In this document: positions 28,283 through 38,494 of the stretch, one piece after another | Layout: every line of letters starts with the position of its first letter | How positions within the stretch are numbered: position 1 is the first letter of the stretch | Source of the DNA: Escherichia coli | GTDB lineage: Bacteria > Pseudomonadota > Gammaproteobacteria > Enterobacterales > Enterobacteriaceae | DNA length: 64,000 bases | Assembly (NCBI RefSeq): GCF_003018255.1 | Contig: NZ_CP027440.1 | Strand: one strand, 5' to 3' | Position numbers and translations under genes: made by a program | The notes under the pieces: generated by a model | Database searches by the model: none | Told to the model about the DNA's origin: nothing | The model's input: the letters and a program-made list of their open reading frames with translations, nothing else

Positions 28283-28423
28283 ATGCTTCAATCTCTGAAC
28301 CACTTAACGCTCGCCGTCAGTAATTTGCAAACTAGCCTGACATTCTGGCGCGATTTACTAGGGCTACATGTGGGAGATTTAGCATCCCGACTGACGCAGT
28401 GCCGGGAGAGGCCTTGCTCTTGA
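28283..28423 (+). pseudogene. fosA: Remnant of a fosA-like (glutathione transferase, fosfomycin resistance) gene with large internal deletion
   Basis: 46-codon ORF MLQSLNHLTLAVSNLQTSLTFWRDLLGLHVGDLASRLTQCRERPCS: first ~28 aa match the FosA N-terminus and the rest matches the FosA C-terminal HVGSLAARLAACRE region, from memory. Confidence 0.45.
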
Positions 28424-28555
28424 ATGCGTTTCGGACCTGGAAAATAATTACGCAACTTTGTGATCTTCCACCCAGTATTCAATTTTATGTCCCATTTTGG
28501 GGGCAAATCCTCAAAATAAAATCTCACAAACCATTATTTTTCAACGAATTAAACG

Positions 28556-28588
28556 CAAAGGCGAGTCCGGCCTTCGACCTTCGCACCA
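28556..28588. repeat. Degenerate copy of the 3' end of tRNA-Leu (leuX): candidate distal att repeat (attR) of the genomic island
   Basis: GCGAGTCCGGCCTTCGACCTTCGCACCA resembles the leuX 3' end GGTTCGAGTCCGGCCTTCGGCACCA (from memory); no full tRNA present. Confidence 0.45.
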
Positions 28589-29353
28589 TCGGAACATCAA
28601 TAGACGTCAACGGACGTTTTTTTATGACTGAAATCCGCGCCACACAAGGCTTTTCGCTATTTTTCGCTCAACCTAAGTCAACCTACATCAACTTACTGAT
28701 GTGGATACAGCTACAGCTGCGGCTATATCCCGATTCGATAATGTTTGTACCCACACAAAACCCTTGAAAGGCTACAAGGCTGAAATTGTCTAAACCATAG
28801 AGATGATTTTTATGATCCAGTCTTTCTCTTGTTGAGATAGTTCCAGTTTGCTCACTCGTGTTAAGAAGGTATTGATCACCTGAACATCCGAATTGGTGAG
28901 CCTATTTAATAGAGCGGGTGGTATACCTTTACTAACAATCGCTTTGCGGTGACTTTCGTAGTTTTTATTACTCATTGTTGATCCTCAAAAATCATTGTAT
29001 GGCGGCATTGATCGTTTCCAGCAACCTTTACTTACTCACTTCGAACTGCATCCTCGTAGACTGTTCCACTACAATAATCGAAAAGGCGCGGATGTCCATT
29101 CAGGTATCCCGCTAATACGTATAGCAATAACAATGGCTTATGCGGCGCGCGCTGTTCACCCTTGTGCCAGATTTTTATATTGGCAATTGCCTGCTGTAGC
29201 GATTTACTGGAAGCCATTGATATCCCTGGCAGTGAAATAATTGCGATCATGCTCGCAAATTTTCTGCTGTTCAAGCCTGCAAGTGAAGATATATTACCTT
29301 GATCTCATTTGTTTTTTTGCTGCCTGTTCTGAGAACGTATAAGGACATTCTCC

Positions 29354-30004
29354 ATGAATAAACTCCCTGATCATCTTCCGCGGCGGTATATCATCGAAGC
29401 TATCCATTTATGGGATGCGGGAGAAACTCATCAGTTCCAGCCTGCGCGGTTGTATGAGATTGAATATCATGGCCGACGTTACCCCTCGAAGGCGATTGCT
29501 GGCATCGCAGCGACATTGATGACGGGGACGCAATTTACCCCTGCGGATTTCACCGGCGGAATAAAATCTAAATGCGTCAAACTACTCATAGAGCAGGGAT
29601 TTCATATTCATCAGGATAAAGCCGCTGCGGCTCCCATAGCCGACGTTCTGTTCCCGGATGAGTTGCCGTCGCAGGAGACATACCTTGAAGGTGCGGCGAT
29701 AAAGGTGACAGTAAACCGCTATGAACGCGATAAAAAGGCCCGAGATAAAGCGGTCGAACATCATGGATGCCAGTGCAACGTATGCGGCGTTGATCTGGTG
29801 AAGATCTATGGTGATATCGCTGAAGGCTTTATCCATATGCATCACCTGGTGCCGCTTTCAGCCATTAAAGAGGATTACCAGCTGGATCCAGTTAATGATT
29901 TGCTGCCTGTGTGCCCTAATTGCCATGCGATGCTGCACCGACGCAAACCACCGTTTTCACCGGAGGAGTTAAAAGCGTTGATGGATGCAAATAAATCAAA
30001 TTAA
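29354..30004 (+). CDS. HNH endonuclease with uncharacterised N-terminal domain
   Basis: 216 aa; C-terminal HNH motif CQCNVCG...HMHHLVPLS...N...CPNCH. Confidence 0.7.
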   Translation: MNKLPDHLPRRYIIEAIHLWDAGETHQFQPARLYEIEYHGRRYPSKAIAGIAATLMTGTQFTPADFTGGIKSKCVKLLIEQGFHIHQDKAAAAPIADVLFPDELPSQETYLEGAAIKVTVNRYERDKKARDKAVEHHGCQCNVCGVDLVKIYGDIAEGFIHMHHLVPLSAIKEDYQLDPVNDLLPVCPNCHAMLHRRKPPFSPEELKALMDANKSN

Positions 30005-30011
30005 TGAACGC

Positions 30012-30992
30012 TCACCTTTCGCGCCAAAACCGCAAAATTGCTTCTACAAACCTGTCAGAAATAATCCCCCGACGGGCTGCCGCGCTGAAATGACTGCTTC
30101 GCAGTGCCGTCGTCCAGTTCTCCGGTGACCGGTACGCTGAACCGTAATATCCCGTGCTTAAATCGTCCGGATCTTCATCAGGCGCGTTCGTCAGTCCTCT
30201 TTCACCTTGTTGCTGGAAGTCGACGAAAATAATATTGGCTAAAACATTATTTTGATAATTGCCATAAATCGCTTCATACGCATGAGGGAAATTTTCTTTC
30301 CAGTACCAGGTGGTATCGCCGCAAAACCACGGTGCGTCAGTAATATTATTAAGCTGAGAATGGTATTGTTTTAGATCCCTACGAAAGGCTTCAACCATAT
30401 GATTAAAGTGTTGAGGGTGTGACGAGTAGTCACAGGTCATTAAGTCAAATTCGCCTTGCATCCAGCATACGCCGAGGAATTTGTTCTGCGGATTTTTTGC
30501 CAGTGCGGCTCGCGTTCTGCTGACTAAATCCTGGTACAGCGGAGTATCCGTTCCCCAACGACAAGCATCATGGCTGGCTCCGTGCCGTTCTGAATATGTC
30601 CCTTCGCTGCCCGCGGTAAAAGCCGATCCGCCACGGCAACACGGAACGATGAGAACCCCTGCGTTATCAGGAATAAAGGGCAGTAATTTCCGTGCAATAT
30701 GCAGTGCCTGGCCAACGGTGCCGTACTGTGTTTGATGATTTGTTGCCAGAGGATGGTGATAACCCTGCATATCCTGAACATCGTGTGGGCAGTGAGTCAG
30801 TGGAATAATGTCGTTAAAGTGACATGACGGGCCTCCGGGATGCGTATGCGCAAATCTCGCTAATTGTTTAATTCTGGGATGAGGCGCATCTTCCCTGTCC
30901 GGTAATGGCAGTCCTTCGCCATACGCCATGGCATTAGACTGACCAGCAACGGTAAGAACATAGTAATAATCGGGCGATATTATTGCGTTCAT
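30012..30992 (-). CDS. nanS: N-acetyl-9-O-acetylneuraminate esterase NanS
   Basis: ORF 30012..31019 trimmed to ATG at 30992 (MNAIISPDYYYVLTVAGQSNAMAYG...), 326 aa; nanS-nanM-nanC context. Confidence 0.85.
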   Translation of the reverse strand: MNAIISPDYYYVLTVAGQSNAMAYGEGLPLPDREDAPHPRIKQLARFAHTHPGGPSCHFNDIIPLTHCPHDVQDMQGYHHPLATNHQTQYGTVGQALHIARKLLPFIPDNAGVLIVPCCRGGSAFTAGSEGTYSERHGASHDACRWGTDTPLYQDLVSRTRAALAKNPQNKFLGVCWMQGEFDLMTCDYSSHPQHFNHMVEAFRRDLKQYHSQLNNITDAPWFCGDTTWYWKENFPHAYEAIYGNYQNNVLANIIFVDFQQQGERGLTNAPDEDPDDLSTGYYGSAYRSPENWTTALRSSHFSAAARRGIISDRFVEAILRFWRER

Positions 30993-31056
30993 ATAATTTT
31001 CGCGTAATACAAATGACAAATTGATAGCAGGGCCCCTTTACCGAGGCCCTGAAGCG

Positions 31057-32163
31057 TTAGTTTTGTACTGTGACTTTATTATCCTTCACAGAAATTAAAA
31101 CTGAATCCGTCACCGCTTTGCCGCCTGCAGTTTCACCGCCAATAATTAATAAACTATTATTCCAGGGCAATGATACTCCGTAGGCCCGACCTTGCGATAA
31201 TTCACCAGATTTATCCCATTTCCCGTTATGCCAAAGATGAATATCAGTGCTATATGATTTTTTCAGGCCTTCATGCGCATAGTTCTTACCGTTTTGGTAA
31301 TTTTCCCGCGAACCTTTGAATCCGGCCCCTCCGGCAAATATAAGAGAATCATTGCTTATCCCCGCAAAACCGCCAGCGACGCCATCTGGTGATGCGACGG
31401 GAGCAAGCTTATTCCATTTTAAATTATCACCGGTGAAGTCAAGTTCAAATACGGCATCCGTTCGCAATCCTGGTTTGGCTTCGCCATTAATAAGCCAGGT
31501 TTTATCACCTTTATTCACAACCGCCGCACCAGCCGTTCCGTACCAGGGAGATTCGCCAGCGTAACTCCATTGCTGTGTTGAGGGATCAAAAGACAACAGA
31601 AACTTATTGAAGAAATAATCTTCTGCTTTTTTGTCAAAATAGTGGGCGTTGATTTTATCTATAGCGGTTGAATCTTTTCCAGCTTCGTTGAGATCTTCAA
31701 AATAGCCATTGAAGATATTCTGGTTAACACCGCCAGTAACATAAGCCTTGCCGTTGTGTACAAAAGTCACATGGCCCGCCATGCCCATCGGCGCGTGCGA
31801 CATCAATTTAACCCAGCTATTGGTTTTGGGGTTGTATTTGTGTACGTCATTAAATACTTGAGTCAAGCCCTCGCTGTTTTTGCCAATGCCGCCAAACACA
31901 TACAGATTGCCATCAATAAATGCAGAGGTTGCTTGATCTCTCGGTCCGCCAGGGAATGCAGCTAACGCTGTCCATTTTTTATCTTTGGCCTGTGTATCCA
32001 GCTTGTACCATGCCGTACCTGCGCTACCTAAACCAATGTAGACAGTGTCGTTATCAATTGCTCCGGTACCACTTTTAAATGGCACAGGAGTTTCCGGTAA
32101 TACAGACGCGTTTGCGGCAAATGAAGCCATTATGATAGTAAGCGCCGTTATTGTTTTATTCAT
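31057..32163 (-). CDS. nanM: N-acetylneuraminate mutarotase NanM (Kelch-repeat)
   Basis: ORF 31057..32271 trimmed to ATG at 32163 (MNKTITALTIIMASFAANA signal peptide), 368 aa. Confidence 0.85.
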   Translation of the reverse strand: MNKTITALTIIMASFAANASVLPETPVPFKSGTGAIDNDTVYIGLGSAGTAWYKLDTQAKDKKWTALAAFPGGPRDQATSAFIDGNLYVFGGIGKNSEGLTQVFNDVHKYNPKTNSWVKLMSHAPMGMAGHVTFVHNGKAYVTGGVNQNIFNGYFEDLNEAGKDSTAIDKINAHYFDKKAEDYFFNKFLLSFDPSTQQWSYAGESPWYGTAGAAVVNKGDKTWLINGEAKPGLRTDAVFELDFTGDNLKWNKLAPVASPDGVAGGFAGISNDSLIFAGGAGFKGSRENYQNGKNYAHEGLKKSYSTDIHLWHNGKWDKSGELSQGRAYGVSLPWNNSLLIIGGETAGGKAVTDSVLISVKDNKVTVQN

Positions 32164-32182
32164 TGTGACTGTCTCCTGTCTA

Positions 32183-32899
32183 CTACAGTTTAAATGACAC
32201 ACCAATGCGATAACTGTTTTCCGATAAATTATCTCTGCCGTTGTAAACACCCTGACGGTCAAGGTAGTCATATTCTATGTATGGCGTAATATCGGGCGTC
32301 ATATGGTATTGTAGAACAAAGGCATTTTCCGTCGCCCATTTCTTGTGGTTTGCATAGCGATAATCATTCTGTTTGCTGTATAGCGTCGTTTGCCATGCGA
32401 AGGTGAAATCACTATTAATATGGTAAGTGACATATCCATCCCAACGATGAACGTTATCACGAGACATATCACCGGATAAGTCTTGTTGTCGGTAAGCTTT
32501 CCAGTCGTAACGATAGCGAATGCCAAAATTAAGATCTTTTGTCGCGTCCCAGGACAGTTTTACGTAGGGTCCGTAGCGTGTGCCGTTGCTGCTAAAATGC
32601 GTTAACATTCCCGGGCGCACCGTCCATTGATCATCAAGTTTAATCGCGTAATTAACTTCAACCTGAACATCATTGAGTGCGGCATTTTCCTTTTTATTAT
32701 CATGAATGGTATTCCAGGTATTACTTTCCATGCTTGCCCACCATCCATTTTGCCATCCCTCACTGACTTTGAGTCGAGTCTCATAGGCATGGCTTCCGCT
32801 ACGATATCCACCACGTACGTCCAGTGTCGCAGCCTGAGAAATTAATGGTGACGAAAAGCACAGTAATAATACGCCAGAAAGTATTTTAGCCTTTTTCAT
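32183..32899 (-). CDS. nanC: N-acetylneuraminic acid outer-membrane channel NanC
   Basis: ORF 32183..32908, start at 32899 (MKKAKILSGVLLLCFSSPLISQA); C-terminal GVSFKL beta-barrel ending. Confidence 0.85.
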   Translation of the reverse strand: MKKAKILSGVLLLCFSSPLISQAATLDVRGGYRSGSHAYETRLKVSEGWQNGWWASMESNTWNTIHDNKKENAALNDVQVEVNYAIKLDDQWTVRPGMLTHFSSNGTRYGPYVKLSWDATKDLNFGIRYRYDWKAYRQQDLSGDMSRDNVHRWDGYVTYHINSDFTFAWQTTLYSKQNDYRYANHKKWATENAFVLQYHMTPDITPYIEYDYLDRQGVYNGRDNLSENSYRIGVSFKL

Positions 32900-33318
32900 A
32901 AATTTCACTCATTTGTAGGATACAGAAAGCAATACAAAGCCCGCATAAACAATTAGCATTTATGTTGTGTAATATTTTTTGCCAGGCTTATAGTGTCTTT
33001 GGCAACGGGTAGCTTATTTTATATTTTTTGTATAAGGTCTCCTGTGAAAATTCTCTTTCCACATTATTTAAATAAACAGAGAACCAGATTAAATACCTGA
33101 GTATAAAATCTCTTCTGATGTTTAATTGATTTGAATGTTCGTAAGCTATATCACTTACTCAATCCATTTTACCCAGAGTCATAAAATAGAGTGTCTGTTG
33201 ATCTCATTTTCATATTCCTTTCAGACTGAAGTGCGTTTTCATCACCCGATGAGAAAGAACTGAAGTGATGTTTGCCATAGATTGCGAGATGCCCTGTCTC
33301 ATTGACTATCGCGGTGCA

Positions 33319-33339
33319 CCTTTATACCTGTTATACCAG
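33319..33339. promoter_or_regulatory. NanR operator (GGTATA direct repeats) in nanC-fimB intergenic region
   Basis: Minus strand reads GGTATAACAGGTATAAAGGT (plus: ACCTTTATACCTGTTATACC), matching the NanR GGTATA-repeat operator. Confidence 0.55.
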
Positions 33340-34350
33340 ATCAAAAATCACGCAATCCATACAACAAAACGAGATTTGCAATTCGTGTCACAAAATATGT
33401 CGATCTTTTTCTAAGAGGCAGATGCCATGTGAAGCCAGACGAACACTTGCGGTGGTCTTCAAAAATTAAAGATTTTATTTTAACTGTCTGTTTTATAAAA
33501 AATTTATTTAGAATCTAAACAAAGAAAGCTTTGCAAGCTAACTCAGTGAGCTTGGTGAAAATAAGTGTTTACCCGCCATCAGGCTGAGCATAATTCTCAT
33601 CATGAAATATGTTTCTTGGTTTGTGGCTTGTAACTGGTCACTCCTGATGTCGATCTGGAGAGGCTTGTTGATGTTGGTGTTTTCAGGATGATGTTTCACT
33701 TAGTTTGTTTGCCGTATCGCCCGGCGAATAGCTGTGATTGAGGAAGGTTTAAGTCGTAGTGACCAAAGCCATAGTTACCAACGGATGTAGATGAAAAAGC
33801 GTCGCCTGCGTTCCCCCATATCTCCAGGATAAAAGGGAATGTAACAATCTCATGGCCTAAGCTGACGAACCAGGCAGGAATAATCGCTAGGGATCTAAGA
33901 ATTAGCATGATAATAGCCACTAAGAAATTACTGCGTTCCATGAAATAGCCATTTTGTGGCAAATGCAGTTGACTAATAATGTCATATGTGAGACGGCTAG
34001 TTGAACGAATATTAAATTTTGCTGAATTTTTTATGTTGATTTTACTTGTTACAGAACATATCACATGATATATAGATAAGATTAGTTGCATTAATGATGA
34101 GGGTTATTATTCGATTCGTATCAGATTGATAAATATATAAAGGTACATAGCATGCAAGAGCATGGCGTTTGTATGGCAAAGTTATTATAAGTAACTATCG
34201 CTACTCCATTTAAGTTCGCTCAGAAGAACTGGTCCACTTACGTTAGTTATTAAGCAAACGTTCGCTTTTATAAACATAATCAGGATAAAAATGTTGGATT
34301 ATTGCTAACCCAGCACAGCTAGTGCGCGTCTGTAATTATAAGGGAAAACG

Positions 34351-34953
34351 ATGAAGAATAAGGCTGATAACAAAAAAAGGAACTTCCTGACCCATAGTGA
34401 AATCGAATCACTCCTTAAAGCAGCAAATACCGGGCCTCATGCAGCACGTAATTATTGTCTGACTTTGCTTTGTTTTATTCATGGTTTCCGGGCGAGTGAA
34501 ATTTGCCGATTGAGGATTTCGGATATTGATCTTAAGGCAAAGTGTATATATATCCATCGATTAAAAAAAGGCTTTTCAACAACGCACCCGCTATTGAACA
34601 AAGAAATTCAGGCTTTAAAAAACTGGTTGAGTATCCGTACTTCTTATCCGCATGCTGAGAGCGAGTGGGTATTCTTATCACGTAAGGGGAATCCACTTTC
34701 TCGGCAACAGTTTTACCATATTATCTCGACTTCCGGTGGTAATGCCGGGTTGTCACTGGAGATTCATCCGCACATGTTACGCCATTCGTGTGGTTTTGCT
34801 TTGGCGAATATGGGAATAGATACGCGACTTATCCAGGATTATCTTGGGCATCGCAATATTCGTCATACTGTCTGGTATACCGCCAGCAATGCAGGGCGTT
34901 TTTACGGCATCTGGGATAGAGCCAGAGGGAGACAGCGTCACGCTGTTTTATAG
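34351..34953 (+). CDS. fimB: Type 1 fimbriae regulatory recombinase FimB
   Basis: 200 aa, tyrosine recombinase motifs (HxxR...Y); matches FimB. Confidence 0.95.
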   Translation: MKNKADNKKRNFLTHSEIESLLKAANTGPHAARNYCLTLLCFIHGFRASEICRLRISDIDLKAKCIYIHRLKKGFSTTHPLLNKEIQALKNWLSIRTSYPHAESEWVFLSRKGNPLSRQQFYHIISTSGGNAGLSLEIHPHMLRHSCGFALANMGIDTRLIQDYLGHRNIRHTVWYTASNAGRFYGIWDRARGRQRHAVL

Positions 34954-35430
34954 AGATAGTTGAGATACCAGGGATGGTGTTAAAAACTACATTATTCTTA
35001 CGATATATCAAAAATGATTAACCATTTATTAATTGATGTTATTGTAAGTGTGATTCTTAATTATCATAATAAACATTAAGTTAACCATATCCATACAAAA
35101 TACAATGGCTTATGTTCTTCAAAATAAATAAACAAAATCATTCATAAATTTACACATCACTTAAATTCTCCTGTTTCCACACTTTTTTCTTTATTTTTTA
35201 AGCAACTGGAAGTTAATCTTCTGCAATCTATTGTTATATTGAATCAAATCAATGAAAATAGATGTTGTCACATCAGTGATATTTTATTTTTGTATGATAT
35301 TTAATGTAATTGACTGATAGCCACATCACTTCGTGTGTGGTTATCTTTTTATCTATTGGGCTAATTTTGACCGATTGAGGTTTCCTATAGGTATTCATTC
35401 AAATATATCTCAGTTAGGAGTACTACTATT

Positions 35431-36027
35431 GTGAGTAAACGTCGTTATCTTACCGGTAAAGAAGTTCAGGCCATGATGCAGGCGGTTTGTTACGGGGCAA
35501 CGGGAGCCAGAGATTATTGTCTTATTCTGTTGGCATATCGGCATGGGATGCGTATTAGTGAACTGCTTGATCTGCATTATCAGGATCTTGACCTTAATGA
35601 AGGTCGAATAAATATTCGCCGACTGAAGAACGGATTTTCTACCGTTCACCCGTTACGTTTTGATGAGCGTGAAGCCGTGGAACGCTGGACCCAGGAACGT
35701 GCTAACTGGAAAGGCGCTGACCGGACCGACGCTATATTTATTTCTCGCCGCGGGAGTCGGCTTTCTCGCCAGCAGGCCTATCGCATTATTCGCGATGCAG
35801 GTATTGAAGCTGGAACCGTAACGCAGACTCATCCTCATATGTTAAGGCATGCTTGCGGTTATGAACTGGCGGAGCGTGGTGCCGATACCCGTTTAATTCA
35901 GGATTATCTCGGGCATCGAAATATTCGCCATACTGTACGTTATACCGCCAGTAATGCTGCTCGTTTTGCCGGATTATGGGAAAGAAATAATCTCATAAAC
36001 GAAAAATTAAAAAGAGAAGAGGTTTGA
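35431..36027 (+). CDS. fimE: Type 1 fimbriae regulatory recombinase FimE
   Basis: 198 aa starting at GTG (MSKRRYLTGKEVQAMMQAVCYG...); matches FimE. Confidence 0.95.
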   Translation: MSKRRYLTGKEVQAMMQAVCYGATGARDYCLILLAYRHGMRISELLDLHYQDLDLNEGRINIRRLKNGFSTVHPLRFDEREAVERWTQERANWKGADRTDAIFISRRGSRLSRQQAYRIIRDAGIEAGTVTQTHPHMLRHACGYELAERGADTRLIQDYLGHRNIRHTVRYTASNAARFAGLWERNNLINEKLKREEV

Positions 36028-36074
36028 TTTAACTCATTGATAATAAAGTTAAAAAACAAATAAATACAAGACAA

Positions 36075-36388
36075 TTGGGGCCAAACTGTCCATATCATAA
36101 ATAAGTTACGTATTTTTTCTCAAGCATAAAAATATTAAAAAACGATAAAAAGCATCTAACTGTTTGATATGTAAATTATTTCTCTTGTAAATTAATTTCA
36201 CATCACCTCCGCCAAATGTAAAGCTAACGTTTCTGTGGCTCGACGCATCTTCCTCATTCTTCTCTACAAAAACCACCTCATGCAATATAAAAATCTATAA
36301 ATAAAGATAACAATAGAATATTAAGCCAACAAATAAACTGAAAAAGTTTGTGCGCGATGCTTTCCTCTATGAGTCAAAATGGCCCCAA
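36075..36388 (-). promoter_or_regulatory. fimS: fimS invertible switch, apparently in phase-OFF orientation
   Basis: 9-bp inverted repeats TTGGGGCCA (36075-36083) and TGGCCCCAA (36380-36388). The fimA promoter (-35 TTGAGA at 36118-36123, 18-bp spacer, -10 TATGAT at 36094-36099) is on the minus strand next to the fimE-proximal repeat, pointing toward fimE. Confidence 0.7.
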
Positions 36389-36507
36389 ATGTTTCATCTT
36401 TTGGGGGAAAACTGTGCAGTGTTGGCAGTCAAACTCGTTGACAAAACAAAGTGTACAGAACGACTGCCCATGTCGATTTAGAAATAGTTTTTTGAAAGGA
36501 AAGCAGT

Positions 36508-37062
36508 ATGAAAATTAAAACTCTGGCAATTGTTGTTCTGTCGGCTCTGTCCCTGAGTTCTACAGCGGCTCTGGCTGAAACTACACCCACGACGGTAAAT
36601 GGTGGGACCGTTCACTTTAAAGGGGAGGTTGTTAACGCCGCTTGCGCAGTTGATGCAGGCTCTGTTGATCAAACTGTTCAGTTAGGGCAGGTTCGTACAG
36701 CATCGCTGGCACAAGAAGGAGCAACCAGTTCTGCTGTCGGTTTTAACATTCAACTGAACGATTGTGACACTACTGTTGCAGACAAAGCTGCTATTGCCTT
36801 CCTTGGTACCGCAATTGATGGAACTCATCCTAACGTATTAGCTTTGCAGAGTTCAGCTGCGGGTAGCGCAACAAAAGTTGGTGTGCAGATCCTGGACAGA
36901 ACGGGTGCTGCGCTGGCGCTGGACGGTGCGACATTTAGTGCACAAACAACCTTGAATAACGGTACCAACACCATTCCGTTCCAGGCGCGTTATTATGCAA
37001 TCGGCGAGGCAACCCCGGGTGCTGCTAATGCGGATGCGACCTTCAAGGTTCAGTATCAATAA
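36508..37062 (+). CDS. fimA: Type 1 fimbrial major subunit FimA (allelic variant)
   Basis: 184 aa, signal peptide, pilin fold ending FKVQYQ; N-terminal mature region differs from the K-12 allele as I recall it. Confidence 0.95.
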   Translation: MKIKTLAIVVLSALSLSSTAALAETTPTTVNGGTVHFKGEVVNAACAVDAGSVDQTVQLGQVRTASLAQEGATSSAVGFNIQLNDCDTTVADKAAIAFLGTAIDGTHPNVLALQSSAAGSATKVGVQILDRTGAALALDGATFSAQTTLNNGTNTIPFQARYYAIGEATPGAANADATFKVQYQ

Positions 37063-37126
37063 CCTACCCAGGTTCAGGGACGTCATTACGGGCAGGGATG
37101 CCCACCCTTGTGCGATAAAAATAACG

Positions 37127-37666
37127 ATGAAAAGGAAGAGATTATTTCTATTAGCGTCGTTGCTGCCAATGTTTGCTCTGGCCGGAAATAAATGGAATAC
37201 CACGCTGCCCGGCGGAAATATGCAATTTCAGGGCGTCATTATTGCGGAAACTTGCCGAGTTGAAGCTGGTGATAAACAAATGACGGTCAATATGGGGAAA
37301 ATCAGCAGTAACCGGTTTCATGCGGTAGGGGAAGATAGCGCACCGGTGCCTTTTGTTATTCATTTACGGGAATGTAGCACGGTGGTGAGTGAACGTGTGG
37401 GTGTGGCGTTTCACGGTGTCGCGGATGGTAAAAATCCGGATGTGCTTTCCGTGGGAGAGGGGCCAGGGATAGCCACCAATATTGGCGTAGCGTTATTTGA
37501 TGATGAAGGAAACCTCGTACCGATTAATCGTCCTCCAGCAAACTGGAAACGGCTTTACTCAGGCTCTACTTCGCTACATTTCATCGCCAAATATCGTGCT
37601 ACCGGGCGTCGGGTTACTGGCGGCATCGCCAATGCCCAGGCCTGGTTCTCTTTAACCTATCAGTAA
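37127..37666 (+). CDS. fimI: Fimbrial protein FimI
   Basis: ORF 36995..37666 trimmed to ATG at 37127 ([19 protein letters not shown]), 179 aa. Confidence 0.9.
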   Translation: MKRKRLFLLASLLPMFALAGNKWNTTLPGGNMQFQGVIIAETCRVEAGDKQMTVNMGKISSNRFHAVGEDSAPVPFVIHLRECSTVVSERVGVAFHGVADGKNPDVLSVGEGPGIATNIGVALFDDEGNLVPINRPPANWKRLYSGSTSLHFIAKYRATGRRVTGGIANAQAWFSLTYQ

Positions 37667-37702
37667 TTGTTCAGCAGATAATGTGATAACAGGAACAGGA
37701 CA

Positions 37703-38428
37703 GTGAGTAATAAAAACGTCAATGTAAGGAAATCGCAGGAAATAACATTCTGCTTGCTGGCAGGTATCCTGATGTTCATGGCAATGATGGTTGCCGGACG
37801 CGCTGAAGCGGGAGTGGCCTTAGGTGCGACCCGCGTAATTTATCCGGCAGGGCAAAAACAAGTGCAACTTGCCGTGACAAATAATGATGAAAATAGCACC
37901 TATTTAATTCAATCATGGGTGGAAAATGCCGATGGTGTAAAGGATGGTCGTTTTATCGTGACGCCACCTCTGTTTGCGATGAAGGGAAAAAGAGAGAATA
38001 CCTTACGTATTCTTGATGCAACAAATAACCAATTGCCACAGGATCGGGAAAGTTTATTCTGGATGAACGTTAAAGCGATTCCGTCAATGGATAAATCAAA
38101 ATTGACTGAGAATACGCTACAGCTCGCAATTATCAGCCGCATTAAGCTGTACTATCGCCCGGCTAAATTAGCGTTGCCACCCGATCAGGCCGCAGAAAAA
38201 TTAAGATTTCGTCGTAGCGCGAATTCTCTGACGCTGATTAACCCGACACCCTATTACCTGACGGTAACAGAGTTGAATGCCGGAACCCGGGTTCTTGAAA
38301 ATGCATTGGTGCCTCCAATGGGCGAAAGCACGGTTAAATTGCCTTCTGATGCAGGAAGCAATATTACTTACCGAACAATAAATGATTATGGCGCACTTAC
38401 CCCCAAAATGACGGGCGTAATGGAATAA
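37703..38428 (+). CDS. fimC: Periplasmic fimbrial chaperone FimC
   Basis: 241 aa, PapD-like chaperone. Confidence 0.95.
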   Translation: MSNKNVNVRKSQEITFCLLAGILMFMAMMVAGRAEAGVALGATRVIYPAGQKQVQLAVTNNDENSTYLIQSWVENADGVKDGRFIVTPPLFAMKGKRENTLRILDATNNQLPQDRESLFWMNVKAIPSMDKSKLTENTLQLAIISRIKLYYRPAKLALPPDQAAEKLRFRRSANSLTLINPTPYYLTVTELNAGTRVLENALVPPMGESTVKLPSDAGSNITYRTINDYGALTPKMTGVME

Positions 38429-38494
38429 CGCAGGGGGAATTTTTCGCCTGAATAAAAAGAATTGACTGCCGGGTGATTTTAAACCGGAGGAATA

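Noticed and set aside
21000-28300. CRISPR array or IS element in the AT-rich cargo
   Set aside because: No regularly spaced direct repeats and no transposase-like ORF or terminal inverted repeats were seen.
28556-28588. Possible tRNA gene
   Set aside because: Only a 3'-end-like fragment is present; no D-arm or anticodon arm upstream, so it is scored as an att repeat.
28399-28975. Short ORFs around the island boundary (28399..28767 plus, 28288..28527 minus, 28790..28975 minus)
   Set aside because: They lie in the decayed junction region (fosA remnant, tRNA-like att fragment); no coherent domain or RBS.
33696-34091. 131-aa minus-strand ORF in the nanC-fimB intergenic region
   Set aside because: This ~1.4 kb interval is a known long regulatory region (NanR/NagC control of fimB); the ORF has no RBS and an odd composition, so it is probably non-coding.
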